The notes beneath the pieces are model-generated. The model worked only from the letters and a program-made list of their open reading frames with translations. It searched no databases and was not told the origin of the DNA. From assembly GCF_023055435.1 (NCBI RefSeq), contig NW_025963857.1, forward strand, positions 20,336,001 through 20,400,000: 64,000 nt of DNA, given 5' to 3'. The number at the start of each line of letters is the position of its first letter. Position 1 is the stretch's first letter. Position numbers and translations under genes: made by a program. Below are positions 12,427 to 26,700 of this stretch, in pieces. The DNA comes from Haliotis rufescens (lineage: Eukaryota).

Positions 12427-15400
12427 GTAAGTGATCTTTTTATTTAAAAAAATGTTAGATACTAATACAATTTATTTAAAATGTAGCAACTACATTCAAT
12501 ACATGTAGCAACTCAAATGTGTCATTTATCACAATTTAAAGGATTATTGTTAACCCTTTTCGTGGTTCCAAATTAAAGCCAATACATCCGATTAAAATGA
12601 AAACATTTAAGACGTCGATAGAAAAATGTTATGGGGATTTATATCTACTGTATTTTGAGGGTTTACTTGATATGTACCCATGGATATTAAAATGCTAGTT
12701 TCTTAACATAAGGCGAACATAAGAAGGTATTTATAGCGAACATTTGGTATCATCACTATTTGATAGTGATTCATAAACTAATGCTTATGACAAAATCATA
12801 TTCATACAATGAACTCTGTTTTAGCAGCAATTTCGTATGATTGTGTACACGGTTTTGTAGCGTTTAATAATTAGAATTGAAGGTAGTTTAATATATTTCA
12901 ATTATATTCAACATATAAAAAACACGCTTTACACTATTTTTCTGAAGATGCACCTAACCACCTACATGGTACGCAGTTTTATTTGTACTATATATACAGT
13001 TGGAACATATTTAGTGTACAATTAGTCAGGACAAGTAATGGCAACATATGTTGTTTTAGAAACTTCTAGATTACAATAAAACAGTTGGTGTATCTCTCAG
13101 TATAGATAGACAAGGAAGGTCAGAGGTGTGCCTCAGTGTGGGTCACTGTTCATATACACGTAATGCGTTATCTAGCTTTGCCCCAGGTCCTATTTATAAG
13201 TACTTGCTGTATCTTGTAACTTTACGACAACAACAACAAAAACAACAACAAAGACCTCATTAAATAATAAACATTTTTTAAATATCTTTCATAAATGTTG
13301 ATACGATGTTTTGTAGAATGCACAAGAAGTTAATCAAAATTGAAAGCAATTTTATTTCAGAACCCAAACTAATCATATGTCCTTATGCCGTTTCAAAGAT
13401 CGACGTTTTATTTGGTTTTATTTAATGCAATGACACCGAAGCAAATGATCATTAACAAATGCAATTTTTTTTGTTCCAGAAAAAAGAGCGGCACCTACCG
13501 GTAAGTTAGAATCCTGAAGTAATATATACTGATATATAAGGTTTTTTTCTGTGAATAACGAACCAAAAGCATATAAATCACATCGAATACAACAAAGCGT
13601 TACACACCAACACGCCTATGATATATGTATTCTTGGCGTGGATGCAGTTTATGTCCAGACATTGGCCCTCGGTACAATATATTTCGACATCCAGTGAGTG
13701 GCATACACACGGAGATGGTTTCGAGCAAATTCCTTTGTGGCGATAGCAATGTACAAATCTCATACACTGGAAAACAATCGCTGAACAATGTTTTTTTTCT
13801 TAGTTTTTGATATAAGTCACATTTAGAATAATATGCTAAAACTAATGACAACTTAATTTCTGATTGCAAATGTCAGAATAAACTATTCTTGAATACTTGG
13901 TTAAGAGTGGGAAAATGTGAAGTGCTGTTACTGACGTTATCACTTGTGGTAACCGTTAAAACATCTAACACATGGTTCCAGCTGTCGTCGATCTTATCAC
14001 AGAAGAAACCATTCATATAGTTTCAGTACTCTTAATGCACACATAATAAACTTTGGTGTAATCATGTTACAGTCAGACACTTGAAAGACAAAACTATGCT
14101 TGTAAATACTGATTGCATTTAGTTTAATCCCATCTGAAGACAAAACTATGCTTGTAAATACTGATTGCATTTAGTTTAATCCGATCTGAAGACAAAACTA
14201 TGCTTGTAAATACTGATTGCATTTAGTTTAATCCGATCTGAAGACAAAACTATGCTTGTAAATACTGATTGCATTTAGTTTAATCCCATCTGAAGACAAA
14301 ACTATGCTTGTAAATACTGATTGCATTTAGTTTAATCCGATCTGAAGGTCATCTCCTGCAGTCCAAAGTCACGTAGCACAACATATGGTAACAGATCATC
14401 CCAACATGGTGGCCCAGTGCTATGGAACAATCTACGGTCGATCCCATCGGAAATATGAAAATCCGAAAATTCATACAAAAACGTAAAAAAACATATTGAC
14501 ACACCTGTCTCTCCAAGCAAGCCTTTCACTGGGCCTGAGATGGCCAGAACTTTAAGGCTGGAATTATATTAATTTAATTGCTTTTAATGGCGCGATGTTA
14601 TGGTACACGTTTCCGTGTCAGCTGCGCGTTTGTTGAAACGTAGTTGTCCATTTTTCAGTTGAAACATGCGTGGACCAAACCGACTGCACGAAGTACCCAA
14701 GCTCCGTGTGTACGCAATATAGCGACTGGTCCAAGGACAACTGTGCAGCATACTGTGGAATATGTAAACGTAAGTCTGACCTGCAATCTTTGTAAGTTCC
14801 CCGTGCAAGTGCATAGCCATTCTCATTGCCTCTGCATGGAATGGTTTAAACATGTTGTTCTCTGATGACTCTTTATATTCAAAGAAAATTGCTGATACAG
14901 ACAAGAATTATTATGAATTCCTGCACAATCCACAAAGACATGCCACTATTTAAAATGGCTATTTGATGGTCGCATCACTGTAGGAATTTTAACACGGAGA
15001 TATAAGCCCATAGATTTCAATATCAAATGTGGCAAAATGTTTTCTCCTTTTAATGATTGCTACTTCTACACCAACATGTATTCACATGACACCCTGACAA
15101 ATGAACATGAATGGTAATATTTCCGAATTAAAGAAGGAATGGAACGAATAATGAATGCAATGGCCACAAGGTGTCCAAAGAGCTGACACTCTCTGTTCAT
15201 CAATGGCTTCAGTGTTGAATGATTGTTCCAGCACTGCACACTACTGCTCCCCCAGCTTGTGAGGATAGTCTGACGAACTGTCCGGAGTACGGCCTGGACG
15301 CGTGCACCAAGTACGCTCCCTGGGCTCATGAGAACTGTCGCAAGTACTGTGGCTTCTGTCGTAAGTATGATCTCAAATAGAGTTACAGATTCTTTGTACC

Positions 15401-15504
15401 GGATATCAATACCGAAAAGCCAGTGACTGTCAACAAATGTGGTGTAAATTGAAAGTGGGTTTAACATTATTGTACTCTGCGAGTGTATGTGTGATTGTGT
15501 GTGT

Positions 15505-15535
<31 letters not shown>

Positions 15536-15848
15536 ATTGAGTGGTGTGTATGTGTGAGTGTNNNNNNNNNNNNNNNNNNNNNNNNNNNNNNNNNNNNNNN
15601 NNNNNNNNNNNNNNNNNNNNNNNNNNNNNNNNNNNNNNNNNNNNNNNNNNNNNNNNNNNNNNNNNNNNNNNNNNNNNNNNNNNNNNNNNNNNNNNNNNNN
15701 NNTGTGTGTGATTGAGTGATTGTGTGTGTGTGATTGAGTGATTGTGTGTGTGTGTGATTGAGTGATTGTGTGTGTGTGTGATTGAGTGATTTTGTGTGTG
15801 ATTGAGTGATTTTGTGTGTGTGATTGAGTGATTTTGTGTGATTGAGTG

Positions 15849-15922
<74 letters not shown>

Positions 15923-17555
15923 GTTGTGTGTCTGCTTCTACTAGTTGGGAATTATGCCGGTTTTAATTGCTGGCCCGTGCCACGAACCACAGATGCGGTC
16001 TCAACAAATGTAGAATGAATGAATGTTGGTGAATGCCGCATCAATATTCCAGCTATATGTAAACAGGTGACAGGAAGCAGGAGAACAGTAGACGATATAG
16101 GGCATGATGACACTTTGGCCAAGATGATTTGATGAATCTCTCAACATTACCAATCCATCGATACTTAAACACTTTGCATGTGGCCTTGATATACTTGTAT
16201 GTCACAGTGATGTAAAACACCACTCCCTCACTCGCCATGTCGTCATGTTATGATACTATCCTTTTTCTTCAGTGGATGAATGTGAAGATGGGTCGACATT
16301 TCGTTTTAGGTAGAAATGAACAAAACAAGCAAGTCAAGCTTATTGCTTAAATTTTTAGAACATAAACCTTTCTGTTTCCAGATATTCAGTCGACTGGGTT
16401 CTGTAAGTATAAGCTAAAGCGCTTTATTGTTTAAAATGGTTAGAAAATCGTAATAAAATGCATCGAATACTTCAAACGGTCTCTCTGGCAGATGTATGCA
16501 CCAAAACATCTTCTTTTAGACCTGTGCTGGTGCTTCTGTTAATTCTGTTGACCATATTTGGTTGCAATGACTATATTAAATTTTATTGACAACATATGGT
16601 TCCATAACTACATATTCTTAAAGTGACAATATGGACCTTTGTTCAATGTTCAACTGACTGTATATAATTCCATTCACGATATATGTTTCTATGGACTAAA
16701 TACATTGGTTTCCACAGAAACTTCTATTGACTATATATTGCTCTATTGTCTGTATATTTTTCTTAATGTATATTTTGTATCTGATCTAGTGCTCTACCGA
16801 GTATATATTCTCAAAAGAATTATTCTATGACACGTGGACATTTTGTTTTACACAGTTCACATAATGAACTGTTACTGAACAGAAACAACCTTCCATAACG
16901 TACGTAGTTGCATGTAACGTGCAGTGCTATGCAGTTCACCACCTTCTATGGTATGTGTGTTACTGCTGCTGTTACACGTGTCCTTCTGGTGCAATTAAAT
17001 GCGTCCTGATGCTGTACACGTGTCCTGTTGGTTCTATTACACGTGTCCTGCTGGTGCTATTACACGCACCCTGCTGGTGTGATTGCACGTGTCCTGCTGG
17101 TGTTATTACACGTGTCCTGTTGGTTCTATTACGCGTGTCCTGCTGGTGCTATTACACGTGCCCTGCTGGTGTGATTGCACGAGTCCTGCTGGTGTTATTA
17201 AACGTGTCCTGCTGGTGCTATTACACGTGTCCTGCTGGTGCTATTACACGTGCCCTGTTGGTGTGATTGCACGAGTCCTGCTGGTGTTATTACACGTGTC
17301 CTTTTGGTTCTATTACACGTGTCCTGCTGCTGCTAAAACATATGTGCTACTACTTTCTGCAGATGGCCAGTGCTCCTACAAAGGGAAGACTTACAATCAA
17401 GGAGAAAAATGGGAGGACGGCTGCAGCTACGACTGTGAGTGCGTGGACGGCGCGACTGGAACCTACAAGTGTACAAACAAGTATGTATAACCACACCTGC
17501 TACCACTACCACTACCATGACTACTACTACTATTACTACTTCCATCTACTTCCAT

Positions 17556-17590
<35 letters not shown>

Positions 17591-17591
17591 G

Positions 17592-17622
<31 letters not shown>

Positions 17623-17679
17623 CACAACCATGACGACTACTACTACTACTTCCATCTACTACTACTACAGCTACTACTG

Positions 17680-17713
<34 letters not shown>

Positions 17714-20700
17714 CATGACTACTCCTACTATTACTTCCATCTACTNNNNNNNNNNNNNNNNNNNNNNNNNNNNNNNNNNNNNNNNNNNNNNNNNNNNNNN
17801 NNNNNNNNNNNNNNNNNNNNNNNNNNNNNNNNNNNNNNNNNNNNNNNNNNNNNNNNNNNNNNNNNNNNNNNNNNNNNNNNNNNNNNNNNNNNNNNNNNNN
17901 NNNNNNNNNNNNNNNNNNNNNNNNNNNNNNNNNNNNNNNNNNNNNNNNNNNNNNNNNNNTACTACTACTACTACTACTTCCATTTACTACTACTACTACT
18001 ACTACTACTACTTCCATCTACTACTACTACTACTTCTACTATTACTATTACTACTAAGATCCGGGATAGAATAGGTCTTTAGCAACCCATACTTGTCGCA
18101 AGAGGCGACTAACGGGATCGGGTGGTCAGGCTCGCTGACTTGGTTGATGCATGTAATCGTATCCCAATTGCGTGGATCGATGCTCATGATGTTAATCACT
18201 GGATTATTCGGTCCAGACTCGATTATTTACCGACCCCCGTCATATAGCTGGAATATTGGTGAGTGCGGCGTTAAACAACAAACAAACAAAGCCACGGTAG
18301 GTTGACTCAACATGTGTTCCTTGTCCCCCTCAGGTGCCCTATATACAACAGTCTCCCCCCGGCATGCACCCTGGTGTCCACCCCCGGGCAGTGTTGTCTG
18401 CAGCCTGTCTGTGACTTCAATAAGAAGGTCGTGACCTCTCAGGGGTCAGCCCTCGGGACAACGGCTGCTGGAGTCAGTAAGTAACGTGTACACGCTCAAA
18501 CCGGGGCACATTAAAAGTTCCCAGCACATGTTTATACACTGTCAATCCTTGTACATACATACTCACACAGTCACAATGTCATTCCTAGCACATATTTATA
18601 CACTGTCAATCCTTGTACATTCACACTCACACAGTCACAATGTCATTCCTAGCACATATTTATACACTGTCAATCCTTGTACATACATACTCACACTGTC
18701 ACAATGTCATTCCTAGCACATATGTGTACACTGACAATCCTTGTACATTCACACTCACATAGTCACCATGTCATTCCTAGCACATACGTATACACTGACA
18801 ATCCTTGTACATGCACACTCACACAGTCACCATGTCATTCCTAGCACATACGTATACACTGACAATCCTTGTACATGCACACTCACACAGTCACCATGTC
18901 ATTCCTAGCACATGCGTATACACTGACAATCCTTGTACATTCACACTCACATAGTCACAATGTCATTCCTAGCACACGTTTATACAGAGTCAATCCTTGT
19001 ACATTCACGCTCATACCCATTCCCAGTACATGTGTACATGATCACACTGTCTGTCTTACTAGACGTACACACAGCCACGTGCACATTGTCAGTCCTACTA
19101 CATGTCTACTTTTTCTTATCACAACAGTGGTGAAGCTTTTTACTTTCACATGAAATGACCCTAACTGTGACCCTCACCGCCGATATGCGTTGGTCACGGT
19201 CTATGGAGTCACTACTTGTGTGTGCTTGCCATAAAAGGTGAGTATGCTTGTCGTAAGAGGCGACTGACGGGATCGGGTGGCCAGGCTCGCTGACTTGGTT
19301 GATGCATATAATCGATCCTAATTGCGTGTATCGATGCTTATGATATTAATCACTGGATTGTCTGGTCCAGCCTCGATTATCTACAGACCGCCGTCATATA
19401 GCTGGAACATTGCTTAGCGCGGCGTTAAACAACAAACCAACCAACTACTTGTGTGTGTTGGTCACTTTCTTTCGATCTCTTATTGTAGATGTGTGCGTAC
19501 GTGTGCGTTTTAAAATCTTTGGATTTTCTTATTCTACGATTATGCGTTGGTCACTGTCCTATGGATATACTACGTGTGTGTTGGTCACTATCTCTGGATA
19601 TCCTTATTGTCTTATTCTACGAATATGCGTTGGTCACTGTCCTATGGATATACTACGTGTGTGTGTTGGTCACTATCTCTGGATATCCTTATTGTCTTAT
19701 TCTACGAATATGCGTTGGTCACTGTCCTATGGATATACTACGTGTGTGTGTTGGTCACTATCTCTGGATATCCTTATTGTCTTATTCTACGAATATGCGT
19801 TAGTCACTGTCCTATGGATATACTACGTGTGTGTGTTGGTCACTATCTCTGGATATCCTTATTGTCTTATTCTACGAATATGCGTTGGTCACTGTCCTAT
19901 GGATATACTACGTGTGTGTGTTGGTCACTATCTCTGGATATCCTTATTGTCTTATTCTACGAATATGCGTTGGTCACTGTCCTATGGATATACTACGTGT
20001 GTGTGTTGGTCACTATCTCTGGATATCCTTATTGTCTTATTCTACGAATATGCGTTAGTCACTGTCCTATGGATATACTACGTGTGTGTGTTGGTCACTA
20101 TCTCTGGATATCCTTATTGTCTTATTCTACGAATATGCGTTGGTCACTGTCCTATGGATATACTACGTGTGTGTGTTGGTCACTATCTCTGGATATCCTT
20201 ATTGTCTTATTCTACGAATATGCGTTGGTCACTGTCCTATGGATATACTACGTGTGTGTGTTGGTCACTATCTCTGGATATTCTTATTGTCTTATTCTAC
20301 GAATATGCGTTAGTCACTGTCCTATGGATATACTACGTGTGTGTGTTGGTCACTATCTCTGGATTTCCTCATTGTAGATGTGTGCGTCTACAACGGCAAC
20401 AACTACTACCAGGGTCAGACATGGGCGGTTGGCTGTGACCTGCGGTGCACGTGTAATGACGCCACTCAGGGGTCGTACAGATGCCAGTCATTGTAAGTAA
20501 ACCTAGGATTAACATAAGCATGTTGTTAGGCGTTTGTGGTCGTTCCTTGCATACAGTTATCTACCCTACAGCTTAATGGTGACCGATAGCGAAATTCATG
20601 CATTTTTTCATGAGATAAGGGAAGATCAACCGAACGGAACGAAATATAGTGTATCGAGACGGATTTGAATACGATAGTCTAAAATGTAAGGTCTAAGTCT

Positions 20701-23700
20701 AAGACATGACCCCTGATTATAGCCTGTCTTCCATAGTATCAAAAGTCCTCTCTCTCTCAGCTGTTCACAACCTGACAATCTTCCATCTAAGTTACAGACT
20801 GCTCTGGGGCGGTCGGGTAGCACAGTGGTTAAAGCGTTCGCTCGTCACGCCGAAGACCCGGGTTTGATTCCCAACATGGGTACAATGTATGAAGCCCATT
20901 TATGTCCCCCGCCATTATATTGCTGGAATATTGCTAAAAGAGGCGTAAAACCATACTCACTCACTCACTTCAGTCCGCTCTCTTGTGTTGTAGTTGTTCA
21001 CAATCTTCCCTCTAACTAAAACATCCCTCTCTCTTGTGTTGTAGTTGTTCACAATCTTCCATCTAACTAAAACATCCCTCTCTCTTATGTTGTAGTTGTT
21101 CACAATCTTCCATCTAACTAAAACATTCCTCTCTCTAGTGTTGTAGTTGTTCACAATCTTCCATCTAACTAAAACATCCCTCTCTCTTGTGTTGTAGTTG
21201 TTCACAATCTTCCATCTAACTAAAACATCCCTCTCTCTAGTGTTGTAGTTGTTCACAATCTTCCCTCTAACTAAAACATCCCTCTCTCTTGTGTTGTAGT
21301 TGTTCACAATCTTCCATCTAACTAAAACATCCCTCTCTCTTATGTTGTAGTTGTTCACAATCTTCCCTATAACTAAAACATCCCTCTCTCTTGTGTTGTA
21401 GTTGTTCACAATCTTCCATCTAACTAAAACATCCCTCTCTCTTATGTTGTAGTTGTTCACAATCTTCCATCTAACTAAAACATTCCTCTCTCTAGTGTTG
21501 TAGTTGTTCACAATCTTCCATCTAACTAAAACATCCCTCTCTCTTGTGTTGTAGTTGTTCACAATCTTCCATCTAACTAAAACATCCCTCTCTCTTATGT
21601 TGTAGTTGTTCACAATCTTCCATCTAACTAAAACATTCCTCTCTCTTGTGTTGTAGTTGTTCACAATCTTCCATCTAACTAAAACATCCCTCTCTCTAGT
21701 GTTGTAGTTGTTCACAATCTTCCCTCTAACTAAAACATCCCTCTCTCTTGTGTTGTAGTTGTTCACAATCTTCCATCTAACTAAAACATTCCTCTCTCTT
21801 ATGTTGTAGTTGTTCACAATCTTCCATCTAACTAATACATCCCTCTCTCTTGTGTTGTAGTTGTTCACAATCTTCCCTCTAACTAAAACATTCCTCTCTC
21901 TTGTGTTGTAGTTGTTCACAATCTTCCATCTAACTAAAACATCCCTCTCTCTTGTGTTGTAGTTGTTCACAATCTTCCATCTAACTAAAACATCCCTCTC
22001 TCTAGTGTTGTAGTTGTTCACAATCTTCCATCTAACTAAAACATCCCTCTCTCTTGTGTTGTAGTTGTTCACAATCTTCCATCTAACTAAAACATCCCTC
22101 TCTCTAGTGTTGTAGTTGTTCACAATCTTCCATCTAACTAAAACATCCCTCTCTCTTGTGTTGTAGTTGTTCACAATCTTCCATCTAACTAAAACATTCC
22201 TCTCTCTTATGTTGTAGTTGTTCACAATCTTCCCTCTAACTAAAACATCCCTCTCTCTAGTGTTGTAGTTGTTCACAATCTTCCATCTAACTAAAACATC
22301 CCTCTCTCTTGTGTTGTAGTTGTTCACAATCTTCCATCTAACTAAAACATTCCTCTCTCTTATGTTGTAGTTGTTCACAATCTTCCATCTAACTAAAACA
22401 TCCCTCTCTCTTGTGTTGTAGTTGTTCACAATCTTCCATCTAACTAAAACATTCCTCTCTCTTATGTTGTAGTTGTTCACAATCTTCCATCTAACTAAAA
22501 CATCCCTCTCTCTTGTGTTGTAGTTGTTCACAATCTTCCATCTAACTAAAACATCCCTCTCTCTTGTGTTGTAGTTGTTCACAATCTTCCATCTAACTAA
22601 AACATCCCTCTCTCTAGTGTTGTAGTTGTTCACAATCTTCCCTCTAACTAAAACATCCCTCTCTCTTGTGTTGTAGTTGTTCACAATCTTCCATCTAACT
22701 AAAACATCCCTCTCTCTTATGTTGTAGTTGTTCACAATCTTCCAACTAACTAAAACATCCCTCTCTCTTGTGTTGTAGTTGTTCACAATCTTCCATCTAA
22801 CTAAAACATCCCTCTCTCTTGTGTTGTAGTTGTTCACAATCTTCCATCTAACTAAAACATCCCTCTCTCTTGTGTTGTAGTTGTTCACAATCTTCCATCT
22901 ACCTAAAACATCCCTCTCTCTTGTGTTGTAGTTGTTCACAATCTTCCATCTAACTAAAACATCCCTCTCTCTTATGTTGTAGTTGTTCACAATCTTCCAT
23001 CTAACTAAAACATCCCTCTCTCTTATGTTGTAGTTGTTCACAATCTTCCATCTAACTAAAACATCCCTCTCTCTTGTGTTGTAGTTGTTCACAATCTTCC
23101 ATCTAACTAAAACATCCCGCTCTCTTGTGTTTTAGCTGTCCCGTGTACGGTCAGATGCCCACTGACTGCGTCATGATCAAGGATCCGGGACAATGCTGTG
23201 AAAGGCCCCAGTGTACTTTCAGCAAGCAGTTTGGAAGTTTTTCGGGAAGCGGTTCCGTCAGCGGAGCTGGCATAAGTCAGTTGATCATACACTATCCATT
23301 TCTATTTCACTCGAAGTATAAATTTCTCAACATCTCTTTTATTTAGTAATTGATATAGCTGAAGTATTGCTAAAAGCACAGTAAAACCATACTCGCTCAC
23401 TCACACTATCACGCCGAGGATCTGTGTTCAGTTCCTTACAGGGGTATAAGGGTGAAGCCCGTCCGAGGTGTAAAACCTTATTCATTCCATGTGTCAACCG
23501 CAAGTTTACTGATAAGGAGGTTAGTGTTAACGTGGGAGCAGTATGATTTCGGTTTGATCCCGCTAAAGAGTAGAGTTAAATAACAATCTCTGCTGTGGGG
23601 ATCTGTGCACAATTACTAAGCAATGGTATCAACACGGACGGGGATTGCTGTTTACTACACGACACTGTATGCTGATATTCCAGGTTTGCATCCCACCGCC

Positions 23701-26700
23701 GCCTCGGCATGCGTGGATAAAATACCCAACTGTGCAGACTATACCAAGGAAGCCTGTCCCAAATATCCAGGCTGGGCCGGGTCAACCTGCAAGAAATACT
23801 GTGATCTATGTCGTAAGTGTCAAGAAACACCCAACCATCAAATCAACAAAGAAATGAAATATATAATGGCGTTTTGTCAAGATCAACTGCTACTCTTGTA
23901 CATTGGGGAGTCCAAACGGTGGCTTCACTCATTGCTGTCAAAATATTTTTTGTCCCTTTCCATAACCTAAATATCCCAATCATCGTATAAAAATATGTCA
24001 ATGTTTAGATGGGTTATGACAACGCCATTCGGGTCCATTTGGTTTATGTCGTTATCAGTATAATGCATCGGACAGTAGTGAATTAGTGATATTGTGTGAA
24101 TCAGGTGTAAACAGTGTGACGCCAGATCCCGACGGATACACTTCGTTATAGTTCAACAGCCGTATCTGAAGCCACGTTATGCCGTGCCTAACAGAAATTA
24201 GGTTTACACTTTCGTTTGACGACAAAAGCAAACGGAGGCAATATGAACAGTGCCACCAGTTAGTAATGAGTCGCGTTATACTCAAGTACAACAAAAATGG
24301 TCTTCTTACTACGACTTCTTATGGTAACAACTAAGCCAGACAAAGAAAGCTGGACTCTGATGAGGATATCGTCAAGAGCGTTCTTACTCATGTGATTTAG
24401 GGTATAAACATTACGTCCAACACTTGAGGTTTCAAATGTAACGTATTCCTCGCATCGGGTACTCAATTACACCCGCGATTCTAAAAACAAACACAACTGT
24501 TTACGGACATTGGAAAACATAAATCGTTCAACGTACTCAAACAGCTGTGAAACATATATGACGTCACTCAGGAATGCTATGATGTCATAATACAATGAAT
24601 GACGTTATATTGTTCCATGACAACTGACAAATGACAAGCTCTATGCATATATATCTGTTTAACACAATAGCGCCATTTCCTTGCTTTACGCGCCATTTCT
24701 TTACTTTCACATCACTTAAGAACATCTCATTTTGAAGAAGCAAATTTAACAATGTCGCTCATGACAAACGTGATGTACTAGAAACGCTACAGATTTATGT
24801 ATAATTTGGTACCCTTTTTGCTGTTAAACCTCCAATAAACTGGTTTGTTTTCGCTCTGTTACCAGATCTAGCAGCCCCAACTCCCGGACCGAACGGTAAG
24901 CACATGTTCAATGAGCCATACTCGTGTAAATATTTATAAGCCTGAACATTATATTATTATCCATCTGCGATTCAAAACAAACATAAATTAACCCACTGTG
25001 GCATAATGCTGTTCAGATCCAGTGTAAATTCCATCTTTGTATCAACTGGTATTCTCAGTGATGGCCTATGCATACCTTATCCGACGTATCAATTGCTCAA
25101 CTCCAATTGATGCCTCAACATGTTTTGAAAACCAAGTTTCAAGTTGACTTTATTTACATAAAACAAGGGCGGTGGGGTAGCCTGGTGGTTAAAACGTTCT
25201 GTATGGAGAGCAATGTGTGAAGCATATTCCTGGGGTCCCCGTCGTGATATTGCTGGAATATTGACTAAAGGTGGCGTAAAACGATACTGACTCACGCAAC
25301 ACTATGTAGAAATGTATCGCCACCACTTACTGTTCTCTCTTAGATGCCTGTGTGTACCAGGGCCAAGCCCACAAACAAGGAGAGACATGGGCCATTGGAT
25401 GCGACCAAAGATGTGTCTGTGAAAACGCAATCTATGGCTACTACAGATGCTCCAATACGTGAGTGTCTCGCCCTTAACCCATCCCAACCACCCATCCCAA
25501 TACCCCCGAAAAAGATAAAAAAAACCCATCCATTTCTGTGTTTTACGTGTCCCAAATTATCATTGAAGATGACAATGGACAAGCCTTAAAGCCTCATTTT
25601 CTCGATCTCCGCCAATGCCCTAAATATGCCTCCTCTTACTGGTAAAGACGTTTGTGACAGTCACCAGGACTAGTTAACTAATATTAAGTTGACATGTAAT
25701 CAATCAATCTTTATTGTATGAAAGGCCATTGGCCCATATACACATACAGATAAACAATATCATTTACAGCTCATTATATAATTATTGGATAACTAATATG
25801 ATGCTTGACATGTATTAGAGGTATTGTAATAACAGTGGTAATAACCACAGGAATGGAATAGCATAGCACGACGTTCAATACAAAAGAATCTATCAGTAAT
25901 ATACTCATCATGTCATGACAATTTGACAATTTAAATGTATATGCATTTCTAGTAGAAACAAACAGACAAAAATGAAATGTAGATACTTCTGATCTAGATG
26001 CGAAAGTTTCAAAACAACTATTTTTGACATGTACATATGGGAACGCTAATTTTGTATACAATAATGTAATTGAACAATTAAGGTGAAATATCTAGATATT
26101 GTTCAACTAGGAAACAGCATATCATTATTGTTGGCGAATATACCTACCTACGGCCTGTGTGCTCCTCCCTGCAGGTGTCCCTCCTACACCAACCTCCCCC
26201 CTCAGTGCAAGACGGATAAGAAGGTCAACGACTGCTGCGAAACCGTCAAATGTACATCCGGGTCTTTCTACTCCTCCTCCACCAACCTTCAGAGTATCGG
26301 CAGCGGGGGCGGCATCAACATCAACGGTGTGACCCCTAACCCATCCACAGGGACAGGGACAGGAAACGGAGGCAGTTCCCTAGGCACGGGGATGCAGCCC
26401 CCTAAACTATGTGAGAGATGTTATGTTTCTCAGCTTCATTAACTTTGGGGTGATGTTTTGTTTGTTTGTTTGTTGTGTTAAGCCGCACTCATCAATATTT
26501 CATCTATATGATGGCGGTCTGTAAATAAACGATTGACATCATGAGAATCGATCCATACCTTTGAGATACGATGACATGCATCAACTAAGTCAGCGAGCCT
26601 GACAACCCGATCCCATTAGTTGCCTCTTTCGACAAGCATAGTCGCCTTTTACGGCAAGCATGGGTTGCTGAACACCTATTCTACCCCGGATCTTCACGGG

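Noticed and set aside
17267-18082. Poly-Thr/Tyr/Leu ORFs resembling a mucin domain
   Set aside because: (ACT)n microsatellite downstream of the donor at 17480, spanning an N-gap; intronic.
19410-20438. 342-aa and 276-aa Cys/hydrophobic ORFs
   Set aside because: Translations of the 85-bp minisatellite; the real exon 20378-20492 is in a different frame.
20957-23092. 711-aa minus-strand ORF of 17-aa repeats (NNYNTRERDVLVRWKIV)
   Set aside because: By-product of a 51-bp (17-codon) satellite that lacks a stop in one frame. It has no true ATG context, near-identical DNA units, and lies antisense within an intron.
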